Below are positions 21,412-31,513 of a stretch of 51,584 nt of DNA, in pieces. Position numbers and translations under genes: made by a program. Each line of letters opens with the position of its first letter. Within the stretch, counting starts at the first letter, position 1. This DNA is from Candidatus Woesebacteria bacterium GW2011_GWB1_38_8b. GTDB taxonomy: Bacteria > Patescibacteriota > Microgenomatia > UBA8517. The notes beneath the pieces were generated by a model, which searched no databases, was not told the DNA's origin, and saw nothing but the letters and a program-made list of their open reading frames with translations. Location of the stretch: contig LBVN01000018.1 of the NCBI GenBank assembly GCA_000993115.1, forward strand, positions 1 to 51,584. The letters are read 5' to 3'.

Positions 21412-23139
21412 TTACTTTTGGACTTTGTAAATAGTTACGTACTCGTTTTCAAATATCATATTGAGTCCCAGTTGTGACTCACCCAATCTGGCCCGTTGAC
21501 CTTTAAGCCAATACACATAGTTTATATCATTCGATAATAAAAATTCACGAACGAAACCGTGATCTAAACTATCATAAAAATAAAGCTCCTCATCGCGCCG
21601 TGTTTTCCAATCATATCCAGTGATATCCAAATTTACTTCATCCTCAAGATAAATGTCCTTTTTTGAATAAGCTGAAACATATGCTGTTGAGTCATATAAG
21701 TAAAGCGGTCTTGGAGGATTTATCGCTGCCTCTTTTGCTTTATTTATATCAAACGGGTATGTAAGCACAAAACCGTCTGTTTGTTTTGCTAAAAATTTCA
21801 AAGCCTCCAGCTCCTCCTTCGAAATTTTTGCGGGTGGGCGAATTGGTAAATAATGGTGCGTTAGTGTTGCAATGGAAGTTGGAATCGTGATAAGTATAAT
21901 TAAAGAGGCAACGATGCTTGCAACCACGCTCTTCTTTGAGTTTAACCATTCACCAATTACAATCCCCGACAAAACTCCTGAAAATATAAGCGAATAATAA
22001 ATAAACTGTATAGTATTCCAAGGACTTCCGGATTGAACAACAAACATCGGAATTATAACTCCTGCAATTACCATTGACCCAAATAATAATTCAACAAAGT
22101 TGACTTCTTTATACTTAACTATTTTTTTAATAAACCAAATAAGAGAAATAAACCTCGTTCCAAAATTTCCTATTACAAAAATCGCAAATGCGGCAGAATA
22201 AGCAACAATTGCTTTCAGGTAAATATGACCGAACCTGTAAGTTGTCATTGCGGAATGAAATTTTAGCCAACCTAGTCTGTCTGTTAATGCCATCATGTTT
22301 TCCAAAAACCAAAAAGGCTGCCAGATTATTTGACTCGAAGCAGTTGTGTTTAATGGAAAAAATACCAAAATTGATATAATTAGTGCACCCGTAAATATCT
22401 TAAGTAAAGTAAAATTTTGTTTTTTAAAAACTTCCCAGATTGATGAGCAAAACAAACTTCCTAAAATTAAAAGTCCTGCATATACTTTAACCTGTATCAA
22501 AACTCCAAAAAGAAAAGTTGCGATCATAAGTTTCTTTTTGTCATTTTCTTTTTTTCCTTCAGTTAAATATATTAACGCGACAAATATAATAAGAATTGAT
22601 AATGCAAATGGAGGATTAACTAATGTAGAAATAGATTGTGCAGACCAAAATAGCGACTCCCCGTCAAAATTACCATAACGGATTAAATTGGCCAACCATC
22701 CAAAACTTCCTCCAAAATAAACAAAAAATGTTGACCAAAACGCACTCTTGGGTGAACCGGTCCAAAGAGATACAAACTTATAACAGTAAAATCCTATTAA
22801 TAATGCCAAGACAACGGGAAGTATTTGAAAGTATAAAACTGGTACTGGGATAAAGGTTAACTTATGAATTATTGCGGTTATTAAATCAAAACCCACATGA
22901 TAGTTTCTAAATGTATCTCCCGCAAAAACAGGCATTCCCCAACTTCCGCGGGCAAGACTTTCGATAACAGCAATATGCCAAATACCATCATGTCCGTTCG
23001 GTCCCCAAAAACCTACTCCATAATCTCTTAAAATACCGCTTTTTACCATAGTTAGTGACCAGGTTAATGTTCCGATAAATATAATTGCGATTAAATAAAT
23101 GTTACTTTTTGACAAAAGGCGTAATAATTTTTTTAACAT
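21412..23139 (-). CDS. Polytopic membrane protein, probable GT-C-fold glycosyltransferase of unassigned family
   Basis: One N-terminal TM, a loop with HDGIWH, more than 10 TM segments and a soluble C-terminal domain; glycosylation-cluster context. Confidence 0.6.
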   Translation of the reverse strand: MLKKLLRLLSKSNIYLIAIIFIGTLTWSLTMVKSGILRDYGVGFWGPNGHDGIWHIAVIESLARGSWGMPVFAGDTFRNYHVGFDLITAIIHKLTFIPVPVLYFQILPVVLALLIGFYCYKFVSLWTGSPKSAFWSTFFVYFGGSFGWLANLIRYGNFDGESLFWSAQSISTLVNPPFALSILIIFVALIYLTEGKKENDKKKLMIATFLFGVLIQVKVYAGLLILGSLFCSSIWEVFKKQNFTLLKIFTGALIISILVFFPLNTTASSQIIWQPFWFLENMMALTDRLGWLKFHSAMTTYRFGHIYLKAIVAYSAAFAIFVIGNFGTRFISLIWFIKKIVKYKEVNFVELLFGSMVIAGVIIPMFVVQSGSPWNTIQFIYYSLIFSGVLSGIVIGEWLNSKKSVVASIVASLIILITIPTSIATLTHHYLPIRPPAKISKEELEALKFLAKQTDGFVLTYPFDINKAKEAAINPPRPLYLYDSTAYVSAYSKKDIYLEDEVNLDITGYDWKTRRDEELYFYDSLDHGFVREFLLSNDINYVYWLKGQRARLGESQLGLNMIFENEYVTIYKVQK

Positions 23140-24592
23140 CTTCGATAAGTTTTTTCCCTTCCAGTAAATAAAGACTCGACGCATAAATAACCGATCCGAA
23201 AATAATCAAAACAAAAAACACCAACAGAGAACTCTTGTTTATCAATCCTTTTAACAAAAATAGACCGAGTCCCATACATAATGATGCAATTAGAGGCGTT
23301 ACTACACTGCCGTAGATCGACCAATTAAGCGCTTTTTTAACAATGTAAAAAACCACAAACGAGCTTGCACTTACTAAAGCGTAGGCCAAAGACGCTCCGT
23401 TTAAACCGTATTTGATAGATAACATCGGAACTAAAATCCAGGTTAGTGTTGTCCACATAACCATCAATTTCATTGTCGTTTTAATCTTTCCGGTTGAATT
23501 AAGAAGGTTGGTAAGTTGGGTAGTTGCTGCGGCGATGAGCGTATTGGCCGACAGCAGTATTATTGGAATATATGCAGGCTCCCACTTTTTATATTTTGGT
23601 ATTACTTCAATTAAAACCGGAAAAAGAACAATTAAACCGATAATACTGGGAAAAACCAAAGCGCAAATAAAAAATATCGAGCGGGTAAGTGACCTCTCTA
23701 GGTCAGCCTTATCGTCCTGCATTCTTGAGAACGCCGGGAAAGTAACTTTTGTTACATTATCCATAAAAAATCGTAAAGGATATTGGACTAGTTTTTGGGC
23801 AGTACCTAAAATTCCCAATCCGTACGAACCCAGAATTCCTCCAACGACAATTGTCATACCGTCATCCTTAACTGTAGCCAGTAAATTATTTATCTGATAA
23901 GGTATACCGAATTTCAGAAGGGATTTAAGCGAACTTTTAGAAAGGGCGAAACCAGGCTTCCACGGCTGTACTACATACATTGCAATTACCCCCAAAACCC
24001 CGCGAACCAAAACAGCATAAGTAAAGCTTGTTATTCCAAATCCTCGCCAGGCAAAATAAACTAATGTCACGTTATAAATCACATTCTCCAAAACTTGAGG
24101 TACTACAAATTTTACAAAATCCAATTTTCTCTCCAATATTATTGACGGGATATTCTTAAGTGATGCTAGGAAAAAAGAAATATTTAGGGCATACAAAAGC
24201 ATTAATCCCTGGTGGCTAAGTGAGTGAGTCCTGGAAATAATCGGGCTGATTGCGAATACAACCAGACAAATTGTTACGACTAGAATCTCCTGAACTGCAA
24301 ATACGGTTTTGTAATCGGAAGATTCAGGCTTTTCTTTTTTTTGAATAAGCGCCGCCCCAAGACCGATATCAGCGAAATAGCTTAAAAAATTAATGGTTGC
24401 AGAAACCAATAAAAATACACCGAATTCTCCCGGTTCAATAAATAACCACAAAAGGCCTTGTGCAACAAAAGAAATTACATTAAGGATTAGGGTTCTCCCC
24501 GTGAGCACTGCTACTCCCGAAACAGCACGTTTTTTTACATTATCAAGTGTAATTTCGTTTGTCGGATCCAAGTGACCGGAATTTTCATCCAT
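23102..24592 (-). CDS. wzx: Wzx-type oligosaccharide flippase (MOP superfamily)
   Basis: EFGVF, FADIGLGAALIQ, LERKLDF, TFPAFSRMQ motifs; many TM segments. Confidence 0.88.
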   Translation of the reverse strand: MDENSGHLDPTNEITLDNVKKRAVSGVAVLTGRTLILNVISFVAQGLLWLFIEPGEFGVFLLVSATINFLSYFADIGLGAALIQKKEKPESSDYKTVFAVQEILVVTICLVVFAISPIISRTHSLSHQGLMLLYALNISFFLASLKNIPSIILERKLDFVKFVVPQVLENVIYNVTLVYFAWRGFGITSFTYAVLVRGVLGVIAMYVVQPWKPGFALSKSSLKSLLKFGIPYQINNLLATVKDDGMTIVVGGILGSYGLGILGTAQKLVQYPLRFFMDNVTKVTFPAFSRMQDDKADLERSLTRSIFFICALVFPSIIGLIVLFPVLIEVIPKYKKWEPAYIPIILLSANTLIAAATTQLTNLLNSTGKIKTTMKLMVMWTTLTWILVPMLSIKYGLNGASLAYALVSASSFVVFYIVKKALNWSIYGSVVTPLIASLCMGLGLFLLKGLINKSSLLVFFVLIIFGSVIYASSLYLLEGKKLIEDVKKIITPFVKK

Positions 24593-24598
24593 GAATCT

Positions 24599-24607
24599 AT
24601 TTTACCA
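24599..24607 (-). promoter_or_regulatory. Extended -10 (TGgTAAAAT) 6 nt upstream of the wzx ATG; probable leaderless promoter
   Basis: Minus strand TGG-TAAAAT-AGATTC-ATG. Confidence 0.55.
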
Positions 24608-24627
24608 ATATTATGGTTAAAGGGGAA

Positions 24628-26397
24628 TTAAATGTTCTTTGGTTTATTTCTACGAAGGTAAAGTACAATAAAAAAGAGTGAGAATGACCCCAAACTAATA
24701 ATATTTGATATCGTTCTGACAGGTGTATTATACAGTTTGGCGTAAATCTCATGATCTCCCATTGGAAGGTCAATCCAGAATCTGCCGAACATCTCTTCCT
24801 CAGGAATATATTTTTTAAGCTCAATACCGTTTGCAAAAACTCTCCAATTGGGAAAATCAAGCGTATTAATTCTTACTTTGGAATCCTCGGATAATACTTT
24901 AGCTTTAAATCTTATCCAATTGGTTCCTTCAGACGGCTCACTAATTTCAACTTTTCCGTCCATTATTTCAGCAATTACCCTTTTGGGTCCGTTGGGAGCA
25001 ATCTTTGCTTGTATGGGTAAATAATCATAAATTCCGGCTGTCTGCTGCAAATCCCAAGCTACACCGGAAAACTTTCCCTCATCTGTCACTGGTCCTATTG
25101 TTTCAACTTTAAAATAATTCCAATTAAAAACAATTAAAAGTAAAGTTAATAATAATAATATTGCACTTGAAAAAATTTTAAGTGAAAATTTTATAAGCCA
25201 GCTTCTTCCTTCAAAAAACTTTAATATAATATAGGGAATAAAACCTGCGATAAAAGAGAAGGAGAAAATTGTAATTGTTATAAATCTCCAGGGAAATTGT
25301 AAATATCGAAGTTGTTCAATGGCAGACCATATAATGGCCGATTTTTGATGCACAAAAAATGCACTAACCCAACCAACACAAAACAAAAATCCTGTAAGAA
25401 ATAGTGTATCATTTTCTTTTATGATTATTATCAATTTATCTCTCTTTTTGATAAGGTAAGCAGCTAACAAAAATATTACGATAATTGAGGCAATCCAATG
25501 AAAATGTCCAACCGGAAAAGCCATACGGTCCGCTTCGATTCCCCAGACAGAAGGCCCGAACCCCCAAAATCTGGAAAAAAGAAGCTGATAAATACTTACA
25601 AAATGTGCAGAATAATCATAATATCCCTGAAGCTGAGATTTCACTTGTGTAAATTTATTTTCCAACAAAGCCGGTAATGTAAAAAAAGATGCCATTCCAA
25701 GTCCCAATAGCCCATAAAATAGATATTCAAAAATTTTACTGGTTATAGCTTTTTCGATAAACAAACGCAAAAAAAGCCAGACCATCACAATTGGAATAAA
25801 TATCAAAACCATCAAATTGTGTGTTGTCAAAAGACAAAATAATGATACCGAAAAAACCAATCCCCACCCGTTTTCAAGAAATTTCTTTTTGGTTTTTAAC
25901 ATTTCGTACGAGGACAAGAATATCAAAGGAAACCAAACCAAAGCCCAACTTTCATTCATTGCACCTCTAACATAAACATCTACAGCATGATACGGAGCCC
26001 AGACATAAAAAACTGATGAAATAAATCCTCCAAACTTTCCAAAAAATCTTCGGGAAAATAAATACATCGTTATCCCTGAAAGGATTATCGAAAGCGCAAA
26101 GGTATATTTTGCAGTATCTGTAAAAGGCAACCCCATTGTTCTAAATACCTGTCCGATTAAATATGGAAGCGGAGGATAATAATTAAAAAGCGGAAATCCA
26201 TAGCCGTACGCCATATCAGGAACCCAGCGGCAGGGAATTTGCCCATCCTTAAAGCACTTTTCCAACTGAAGTTGTCTCATCATTTGCAAATCATCATGCA
26301 TTGGAAAATAACCGAACCTAAATAAATCCCTTGAGGCCAATATTCCAACAACCAATATCAAAAATATTACTAGGGAATTTTTAATTTTATTTATCAT
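24628..26397 (-). CDS. PTPS-related-domain / YfhO-like GT-C membrane protein
   Basis: HDD, RWVPD.AYGYGFPLFNYYPPL, RGAMNE, QFPWRF, FPNWRV motifs. Confidence 0.8.
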   Translation of the reverse strand: MINKIKNSLVIFLILVVGILASRDLFRFGYFPMHDDLQMMRQLQLEKCFKDGQIPCRWVPDMAYGYGFPLFNYYPPLPYLIGQVFRTMGLPFTDTAKYTFALSIILSGITMYLFSRRFFGKFGGFISSVFYVWAPYHAVDVYVRGAMNESWALVWFPLIFLSSYEMLKTKKKFLENGWGLVFSVSLFCLLTTHNLMVLIFIPIVMVWLFLRLFIEKAITSKIFEYLFYGLLGLGMASFFTLPALLENKFTQVKSQLQGYYDYSAHFVSIYQLLFSRFWGFGPSVWGIEADRMAFPVGHFHWIASIIVIFLLAAYLIKKRDKLIIIIKENDTLFLTGFLFCVGWVSAFFVHQKSAIIWSAIEQLRYLQFPWRFITITIFSFSFIAGFIPYIILKFFEGRSWLIKFSLKIFSSAILLLLTLLLIVFNWNYFKVETIGPVTDEGKFSGVAWDLQQTAGIYDYLPIQAKIAPNGPKRVIAEIMDGKVEISEPSEGTNWIRFKAKVLSEDSKVRINTLDFPNWRVFANGIELKKYIPEEEMFGRFWIDLPMGDHEIYAKLYNTPVRTISNIISLGSFSLFFIVLYLRRNKPKNI

Positions 26398-27555
26398 TTA
26401 TTAATATTTTATCCTCTTTGGATAGTAGATACAGATAGAAAATTGAGGCACCTGCAAATATGCTTCTGACAAGACTTTTTAGCAGATTCACATCAAAATA
26501 TCTCTGGATATAACTCGACAGCGGAGCAACATAACTTAAAGATTCGTTTAAGGGATTAAATAGACCAATATTTAAAGTTTGATCAAACATCATAACCATT
26601 GGGGATGATAATGTGTAATCGAAAATATTAAAAGCAAAATAAAGATAAAAATATTATTAATCTCATATTTATTTTTAAGATAATATAAATAAAAATAAAA
26701 TAAACACAATAATATCACAAAAGGAAACAAGACCTCAGCTCCGGATACAGGAAAACCCATAAATAACATTTTTTGGCTTTTGGGAGAAAACAATACCATT
26801 TGACGAAATACACTTGACCCAATAAAAGGAAGGATAATCAAAACGAAAGGTAGAAACCCGGAAATTGTATATTTTATCCTTTGTTTAACATTAGAAGTTA
26901 ATACAAATGCCAATGGCAAAATGAACAATAAAGGAAACATTTTATAAGAGCCTCCAATTCCCAAAGACAACATTGCCAAATAAGGTTTATTTTTAGCTAC
27001 AAGAAAGTATGACAAAACTACAAAAAATACAGGTAAAATATCAAATTGCCCTATCATGAAAGTAGCATAAAGAGTTACAGGATTAAGAATCCAAAGGATG
27101 AGAGCTTTTTTCTTTTTAACAATATCCGTAAAAAAATTTGAAATCATAAATCCCAAACCTAAATCAAAAAAAATATATGGCAGCTTATAAAGAAAAATAT
27201 TTAATTTCAAATCGTTTCTTGAGTAAAGGTCGGCCATGTGCGACATCACAAAAGGAACAAAGTTTGGATCAACAAAAGGTTTTATCGCTAAGCGGAAAAA
27301 TCCTAAAGAAAAATAAGCTAAGGGCGGATATATAAAAATATCATTTATTGAAAAAGTAGTCAGAATTGGATGATCTTTGGGAAGATTAACCATATATTCG
27401 TAAACATTAAGCTTTCCCTCGTAGGCAAAAAAATAAGCAGTAAAGGTGTGTCCCCATAAATCGGGATGAAGGGTAATTGGCATTAGAATTACACGGATTA
27501 ATAAACCCAATATTAGAATTTTTAAATACCACTTGCCGGAAAGCTTGGAAAGCAT
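26387..27555 (-). pseudogene. GT87/DUF2029-like GT-C protein split near 26595 (frameshift, probable deletion)
   Basis: ORF 26590-27567 (HPDL, YPPLAY, KLPY, GQFD) ends HYHPQWL*; the C-terminal part (MMFDQTLNIGLFNPL...) is in another frame at 26387-26599. Confidence 0.72.
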
Positions 27556-27588
27556 AATCAATATCAATTATATTACAATATTGTACAT

Positions 27589-29208
27589 TTACGAAAACAA
27601 AACCCACTCACGCCTTCCTGAAGAGATCGGGTTCATATTCTTAATCTTAATCAGGTACAAAGTATCTCTCGGACCATGAAGCGTGTATTCGTGAACAAAT
27701 TGTGGCCGGAATGCTTTTGGGAAAGATGCAACAATTTCAAATTCAGGTGAATCCAGTGGCATTTTAAGCCGTGAACTGTTAATAACTAAATATGTACTGT
27801 TTCCAAATTCGACAGATTCATTTAAGTTTCTTGGTATCTCGTGTAAATCAATCCCAACTCCGATAACTGAAATCGGATAGGCGGCGGTATACATCTGAAA
27901 ACCGTCGGGTAAGGTTCCAAAATATCCTTCTGTTCCTACAACTATTTTTTTGGAAGGATTTTTCATATACTCCCCAACAATAATATCTGTCGATTCTTTT
28001 ATCCCAATCCCCGATGTCCATTCTTCAAAAAATCCAGACCTGTCCGTTCGTGCTAATGGGGTTTTTTGTAGATTTGTTTGAAATATAAAGAAGAAATATA
28101 TTGACTGGACAGCAAATAATACCATAAGTACGCCTTTTATTTTTGCGTATGTTTTTTTAAAATCAAAATCTTTAAATGCTATTCCACAAAGGATTGCATA
28201 ATAAGGAAATGTAAAAAAAACATATCTTGTCGTAAATGCTTTTGCAAACATCGACTGCACTAAAATTGGAATAATAAATAAGCCGATAAGTACGAGTACC
28301 TCTTTCCAATACTTTTTTATATTTGCCAAACCAAATAGGAATAATCCCACCAACCACCAGGATCCATAAATTACATACCACTCTCTTGCCCTGTCGAAAT
28401 GAAAAATAAAAGGATCTTTCGGATTTTGCCAAAGATGAGAAATTGGAAAAACATAATCCAAATTTCGAAGACCAATCATGTGGAAATTCGGGCCCAATCG
28501 GAGGATAAAATTGTACGAAAAATACGCAATAAAGTATGAAATGAAAAATAACAACAATATTTTTAGTATTTTTCCTAAGTTTGGGTTTTTGGATTTAGTG
28601 AACTTTACCAATAAAGAAGTAGTCGGTATTAAAAGGGAGAAAAACAAAGCCGGAGATTTGGTTAAAAGTGCCCCTCCTAATAAAAACCCAAGAATCATTG
28701 CTAAATCCAGACGTTGTAGTTTTACTAACAAGATTGCCACAATTACACTCCAAATCCCGAAAAACGATAATAACGAATCGGCCATTGCAAGCCGGTCAAA
28801 GAAAAATCCAAACGGGGCAATCATATAAATAAACATAGAGGCAAGAGAAACATTTTTTGATTTAAGAAGTAAATATGAAAGTACAAATATTCCAATTCCG
28901 GTTCCTAACCCGGTTAAAACACTTACCATTCTTCCGGCAACCAGAGGGTCACTAAATATTTTTAAAAAGGGCATCATAACCCACATAAAAAGGGGTTGCT
29001 TTCCGTCCGATAGAGGTAAAAACCGAAGTGTCGGTTCATTTCTCATGATCTGCGCCCAACGGATATAAATTGCCTCATCACCAAATACCGGTAGATGAGT
29101 TAAATTAAAAGTTCGGAGAAATGTTCCGATTAAAAGGATTATTAAACCAATAAATATTGTAATTTTCCAATCTTTGAATAGTTTCTTTAGCAGAATTTTT
29201 TGATCCAT
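27589..29208 (-). CDS. PMT/ArnT-like GT-C membrane glycosyltransferase
   Basis: FLRTFNLTHLPVFGDEAIYIRWA, DGKQPL, FDRLAMAD, TKSPA motifs. Confidence 0.85.
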   Translation of the reverse strand: MDQKILLKKLFKDWKITIFIGLIILLIGTFLRTFNLTHLPVFGDEAIYIRWAQIMRNEPTLRFLPLSDGKQPLFMWVMMPFLKIFSDPLVAGRMVSVLTGLGTGIGIFVLSYLLLKSKNVSLASMFIYMIAPFGFFFDRLAMADSLLSFFGIWSVIVAILLVKLQRLDLAMILGFLLGGALLTKSPALFFSLLIPTTSLLVKFTKSKNPNLGKILKILLLFFISYFIAYFSYNFILRLGPNFHMIGLRNLDYVFPISHLWQNPKDPFIFHFDRAREWYVIYGSWWLVGLFLFGLANIKKYWKEVLVLIGLFIIPILVQSMFAKAFTTRYVFFTFPYYAILCGIAFKDFDFKKTYAKIKGVLMVLFAVQSIYFFFIFQTNLQKTPLARTDRSGFFEEWTSGIGIKESTDIIVGEYMKNPSKKIVVGTEGYFGTLPDGFQMYTAAYPISVIGVGIDLHEIPRNLNESVEFGNSTYLVINSSRLKMPLDSPEFEIVASFPKAFRPQFVHEYTLHGPRDTLYLIKIKNMNPISSGRREWVLFS

Positions 29209-29216
29209 ACTTTTTG

Positions 29217-29251
29217 CTTACTACCTACTTCTTACAACTTACATCCTATTT
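29217..29251 (+). repeat. 5 x 7-nt degenerate array (CYTACNN) abutting a stop codon
   Basis: CTTACTA CCTACTT CTTACAA CTTACAT CCTATTT; 31/35 identical to 48571-48605. Confidence 0.8.
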
Positions 29252-29998
29252 ATATTCCCCTTTTAAAGCGTTCATTCTCACCCTTACTAAATCACGAAAT
29301 CCTTCCCAGGAATCCTTAATCGGACTCACTTCCCGCCGTTCATTAAACTCAAACCATTCAACGGGAACTTCGGCTACTTTATAACCTAATTTTCTAGCTA
29401 TATATAAAACTTCCAAATCGAATCCTGCCGTAACCGAAGCCCCGCTTGCCCGCACTCTTTCGCTATATACTCGCATTTTTTTAAATATCGTCTCTGCTGC
29501 TTCTTTTTTAAATAATTTAAACCCACACTGGGTATCCTTGTATGGAAGTCTTAGTATTAAACTTCTTAACACTACCCACCCCGCAGCCATAATTTTTCTC
29601 TCAATTGTCTGACCGGGACGTCCGCTTCTTGACCCAATCACTATATCGTATCCTTTTTCAACTTTCGGTAAAAACTTTTCCAGTTGGTTCAATGGGGTTG
29701 ATTGGTCCATGTCAGAAAACAAAACGTATTTACCCCGGGCTTTTAGGATCCCTGCAATTATCGCTCCTCCTTTTCCTCTATGAGGTTCTTTCATCAATTT
29801 AATGCCACGATTATCTTTCATAAATTTTTCTATTATTTTTACAGTATCATCACTGGAACCATCATCTACAAAAATTACTTCCCAACTAAACTTTTGGGTT
29901 TTCAAATAATCAACAATTTTTCCCAAAACTCCTCTTTTAAGATTTTTGGCTTCGTTATATGCAGGTGTTACTATTGATAAAAATATTTTATTTTCCAT
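29246..29998 (-). CDS. DPM1/ALG5-like polyprenol-phosphate glycosyltransferase (GT2)
   Basis: PAYNE, DDGSSD, GKGGA, FSDMD, IGSR, DTQCGFK, FDLE motifs. Confidence 0.9.
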   Translation of the reverse strand: MENKIFLSIVTPAYNEAKNLKRGVLGKIVDYLKTQKFSWEVIFVDDGSSDDTVKIIEKFMKDNRGIKLMKEPHRGKGGAIIAGILKARGKYVLFSDMDQSTPLNQLEKFLPKVEKGYDIVIGSRSGRPGQTIERKIMAAGWVVLRSLILRLPYKDTQCGFKLFKKEAAETIFKKMRVYSERVRASGASVTAGFDLEVLYIARKLGYKVAEVPVEWFEFNERREVSPIKDSWEGFRDLVRVRMNALKGEYK

Positions 29999-30012
29999 AT
30001 TTTTTGTAATAA

Positions 30013-31500
30013 TTACTCAGGAAATCCCCACATCGGCTCACTAAGATTATAGTCGACCCCGTCACATTTTTCATTTATCAAATCGCTCTTGTAATGTTTG
30101 TAGTCGGGATAGATTAAACCTATTGCACCTCTTGTTTGATCTGTTCTAAAAATATCTTTTAGTGGATAAACAATCGTATAGACCGGAACAAAATCTGAAA
30201 TTGGCTTTAACTTTAATCCCTGTCTATAAAAAAGATATCTATAGCCCAAATTATATCCTGGGTCGGCAATATAGGAAATCGAAACACATGGATAACCCCG
30301 CATAGTCGAATCTCTTTTTATCTCAGTTATTATTTCGTTTCTGGCGACGTACCCGCTTTTATTAATCGGGGTAATCACAAAGTTTCTAATACCAAAAACA
30401 ACTGATAAATTTATCAAAATTAACGATATATGCCTCCATTTTTCCGATTCGTAAAGCTTTGAAAGTGTAATTGCGCAAACTACTAAAAACACCAAAAGGC
30501 AACCGTTTAGATAATACTCGGATACAATTTTTGAATATGTCGAAAAGAAAAACCAAAAAGTCATAACCCAAACGGAAAACATTATCGCCCATTTATAGGA
30601 AATTAATTTTTTTATGACCAAAATTATTAGAGCTCCAGTAAGTACGTAAACAACCCACTCAAATTTAATTCCCGGATAAGACCCCACTAATAACCCGTGT
30701 ACATTTTTTGATATTAGTAATAACGTCCTTTCAAATTTATATAAACCACTAATCACATCCTGCTGAGGAGTGGTAAGTGAAACTAATAATGATTTTGTTT
30801 GACTAAACCCATGCCGAAACTCAAAAAGAAATAAAGGTAATGACAATACCAAAAATAGCACCGCCGATCTTATAACAGCACCTAATTCAAATTTCTTTTT
30901 CGACAAAATCATTGCAACAATTACCAGAGGAAGCGTCAAAACAAGCGCGAAGTTCATATGCCAAATCAAAGTCGCCAATATTGCAACTAAAATAAGGCCT
31001 TTTTTCCAATTTTTATTAAGGATTAAATGTAAGCTGTACAAAAACCATATGGTCCAAATAATAACTGGCATTGTGGGAACAACTTCGCGATCGTTCATGA
31101 CCATGTAGAAAGAAAGCGAATATATTAACAAAGCAAAAACCGCTGTTGTTTTACCAAATATCTTATTTACAACAAAATACAAGCTCAATATACCAAATAA
31201 TGATATTGTAAGTATTAAATATGCTCCCCCGATAGGGTCCATCCCGAAAATCTTATAAAACAAAGTCATCAAATAGTAATAAATCGGACCAATAAATATT
31301 CCGGTTGTTGAAGTTTCCTGTCCAATTAATCGGAAGTGGTGATTGACTAGGATGTCTTTGACAAACCAAGATGCCAAATCCTGATCGTGTCCGTAAGAAA
31401 AGCGGTCAAAAAGTTGATAGAAACGCAAAAACATTCCAACCGCAATTATTAAGATAACTAGCCAGTTATTTTTTACAAATTCCGTAAATTTTTTATACAT
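30013..31500 (-). CDS. PMT/ArnT-like GT-C membrane glycosyltransferase
   Basis: FLRFY..F.YGHDQD, IGPIYYYL motifs; polytopic with a C-terminal soluble domain. Confidence 0.8.
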   Translation of the reverse strand: MYKKFTEFVKNNWLVILIIAVGMFLRFYQLFDRFSYGHDQDLASWFVKDILVNHHFRLIGQETSTTGIFIGPIYYYLMTLFYKIFGMDPIGGAYLILTISLFGILSLYFVVNKIFGKTTAVFALLIYSLSFYMVMNDREVVPTMPVIIWTIWFLYSLHLILNKNWKKGLILVAILATLIWHMNFALVLTLPLVIVAMILSKKKFELGAVIRSAVLFLVLSLPLFLFEFRHGFSQTKSLLVSLTTPQQDVISGLYKFERTLLLISKNVHGLLVGSYPGIKFEWVVYVLTGALIILVIKKLISYKWAIMFSVWVMTFWFFFSTYSKIVSEYYLNGCLLVFLVVCAITLSKLYESEKWRHISLILINLSVVFGIRNFVITPINKSGYVARNEIITEIKRDSTMRGYPCVSISYIADPGYNLGYRYLFYRQGLKLKPISDFVPVYTIVYPLKDIFRTDQTRGAIGLIYPDYKHYKSDLINEKCDGVDYNLSEPMWGFPE

Positions 31501-31513
31501 ATAACTCCAATAA

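Noticed and set aside
24628-26397. 6-pyruvoyl-tetrahydropterin synthase enzyme
   Set aside because: The family name is historical; this is a polytopic membrane protein with no PTPS catalytic motifs
27601-27633. Imperfect hairpin AACCC...CTTC-CT-GAAG...GGGTT at a gene end
   Set aside because: Short, interrupted stems, inside coding sequence, with no U-tract; not distinguishable from chance
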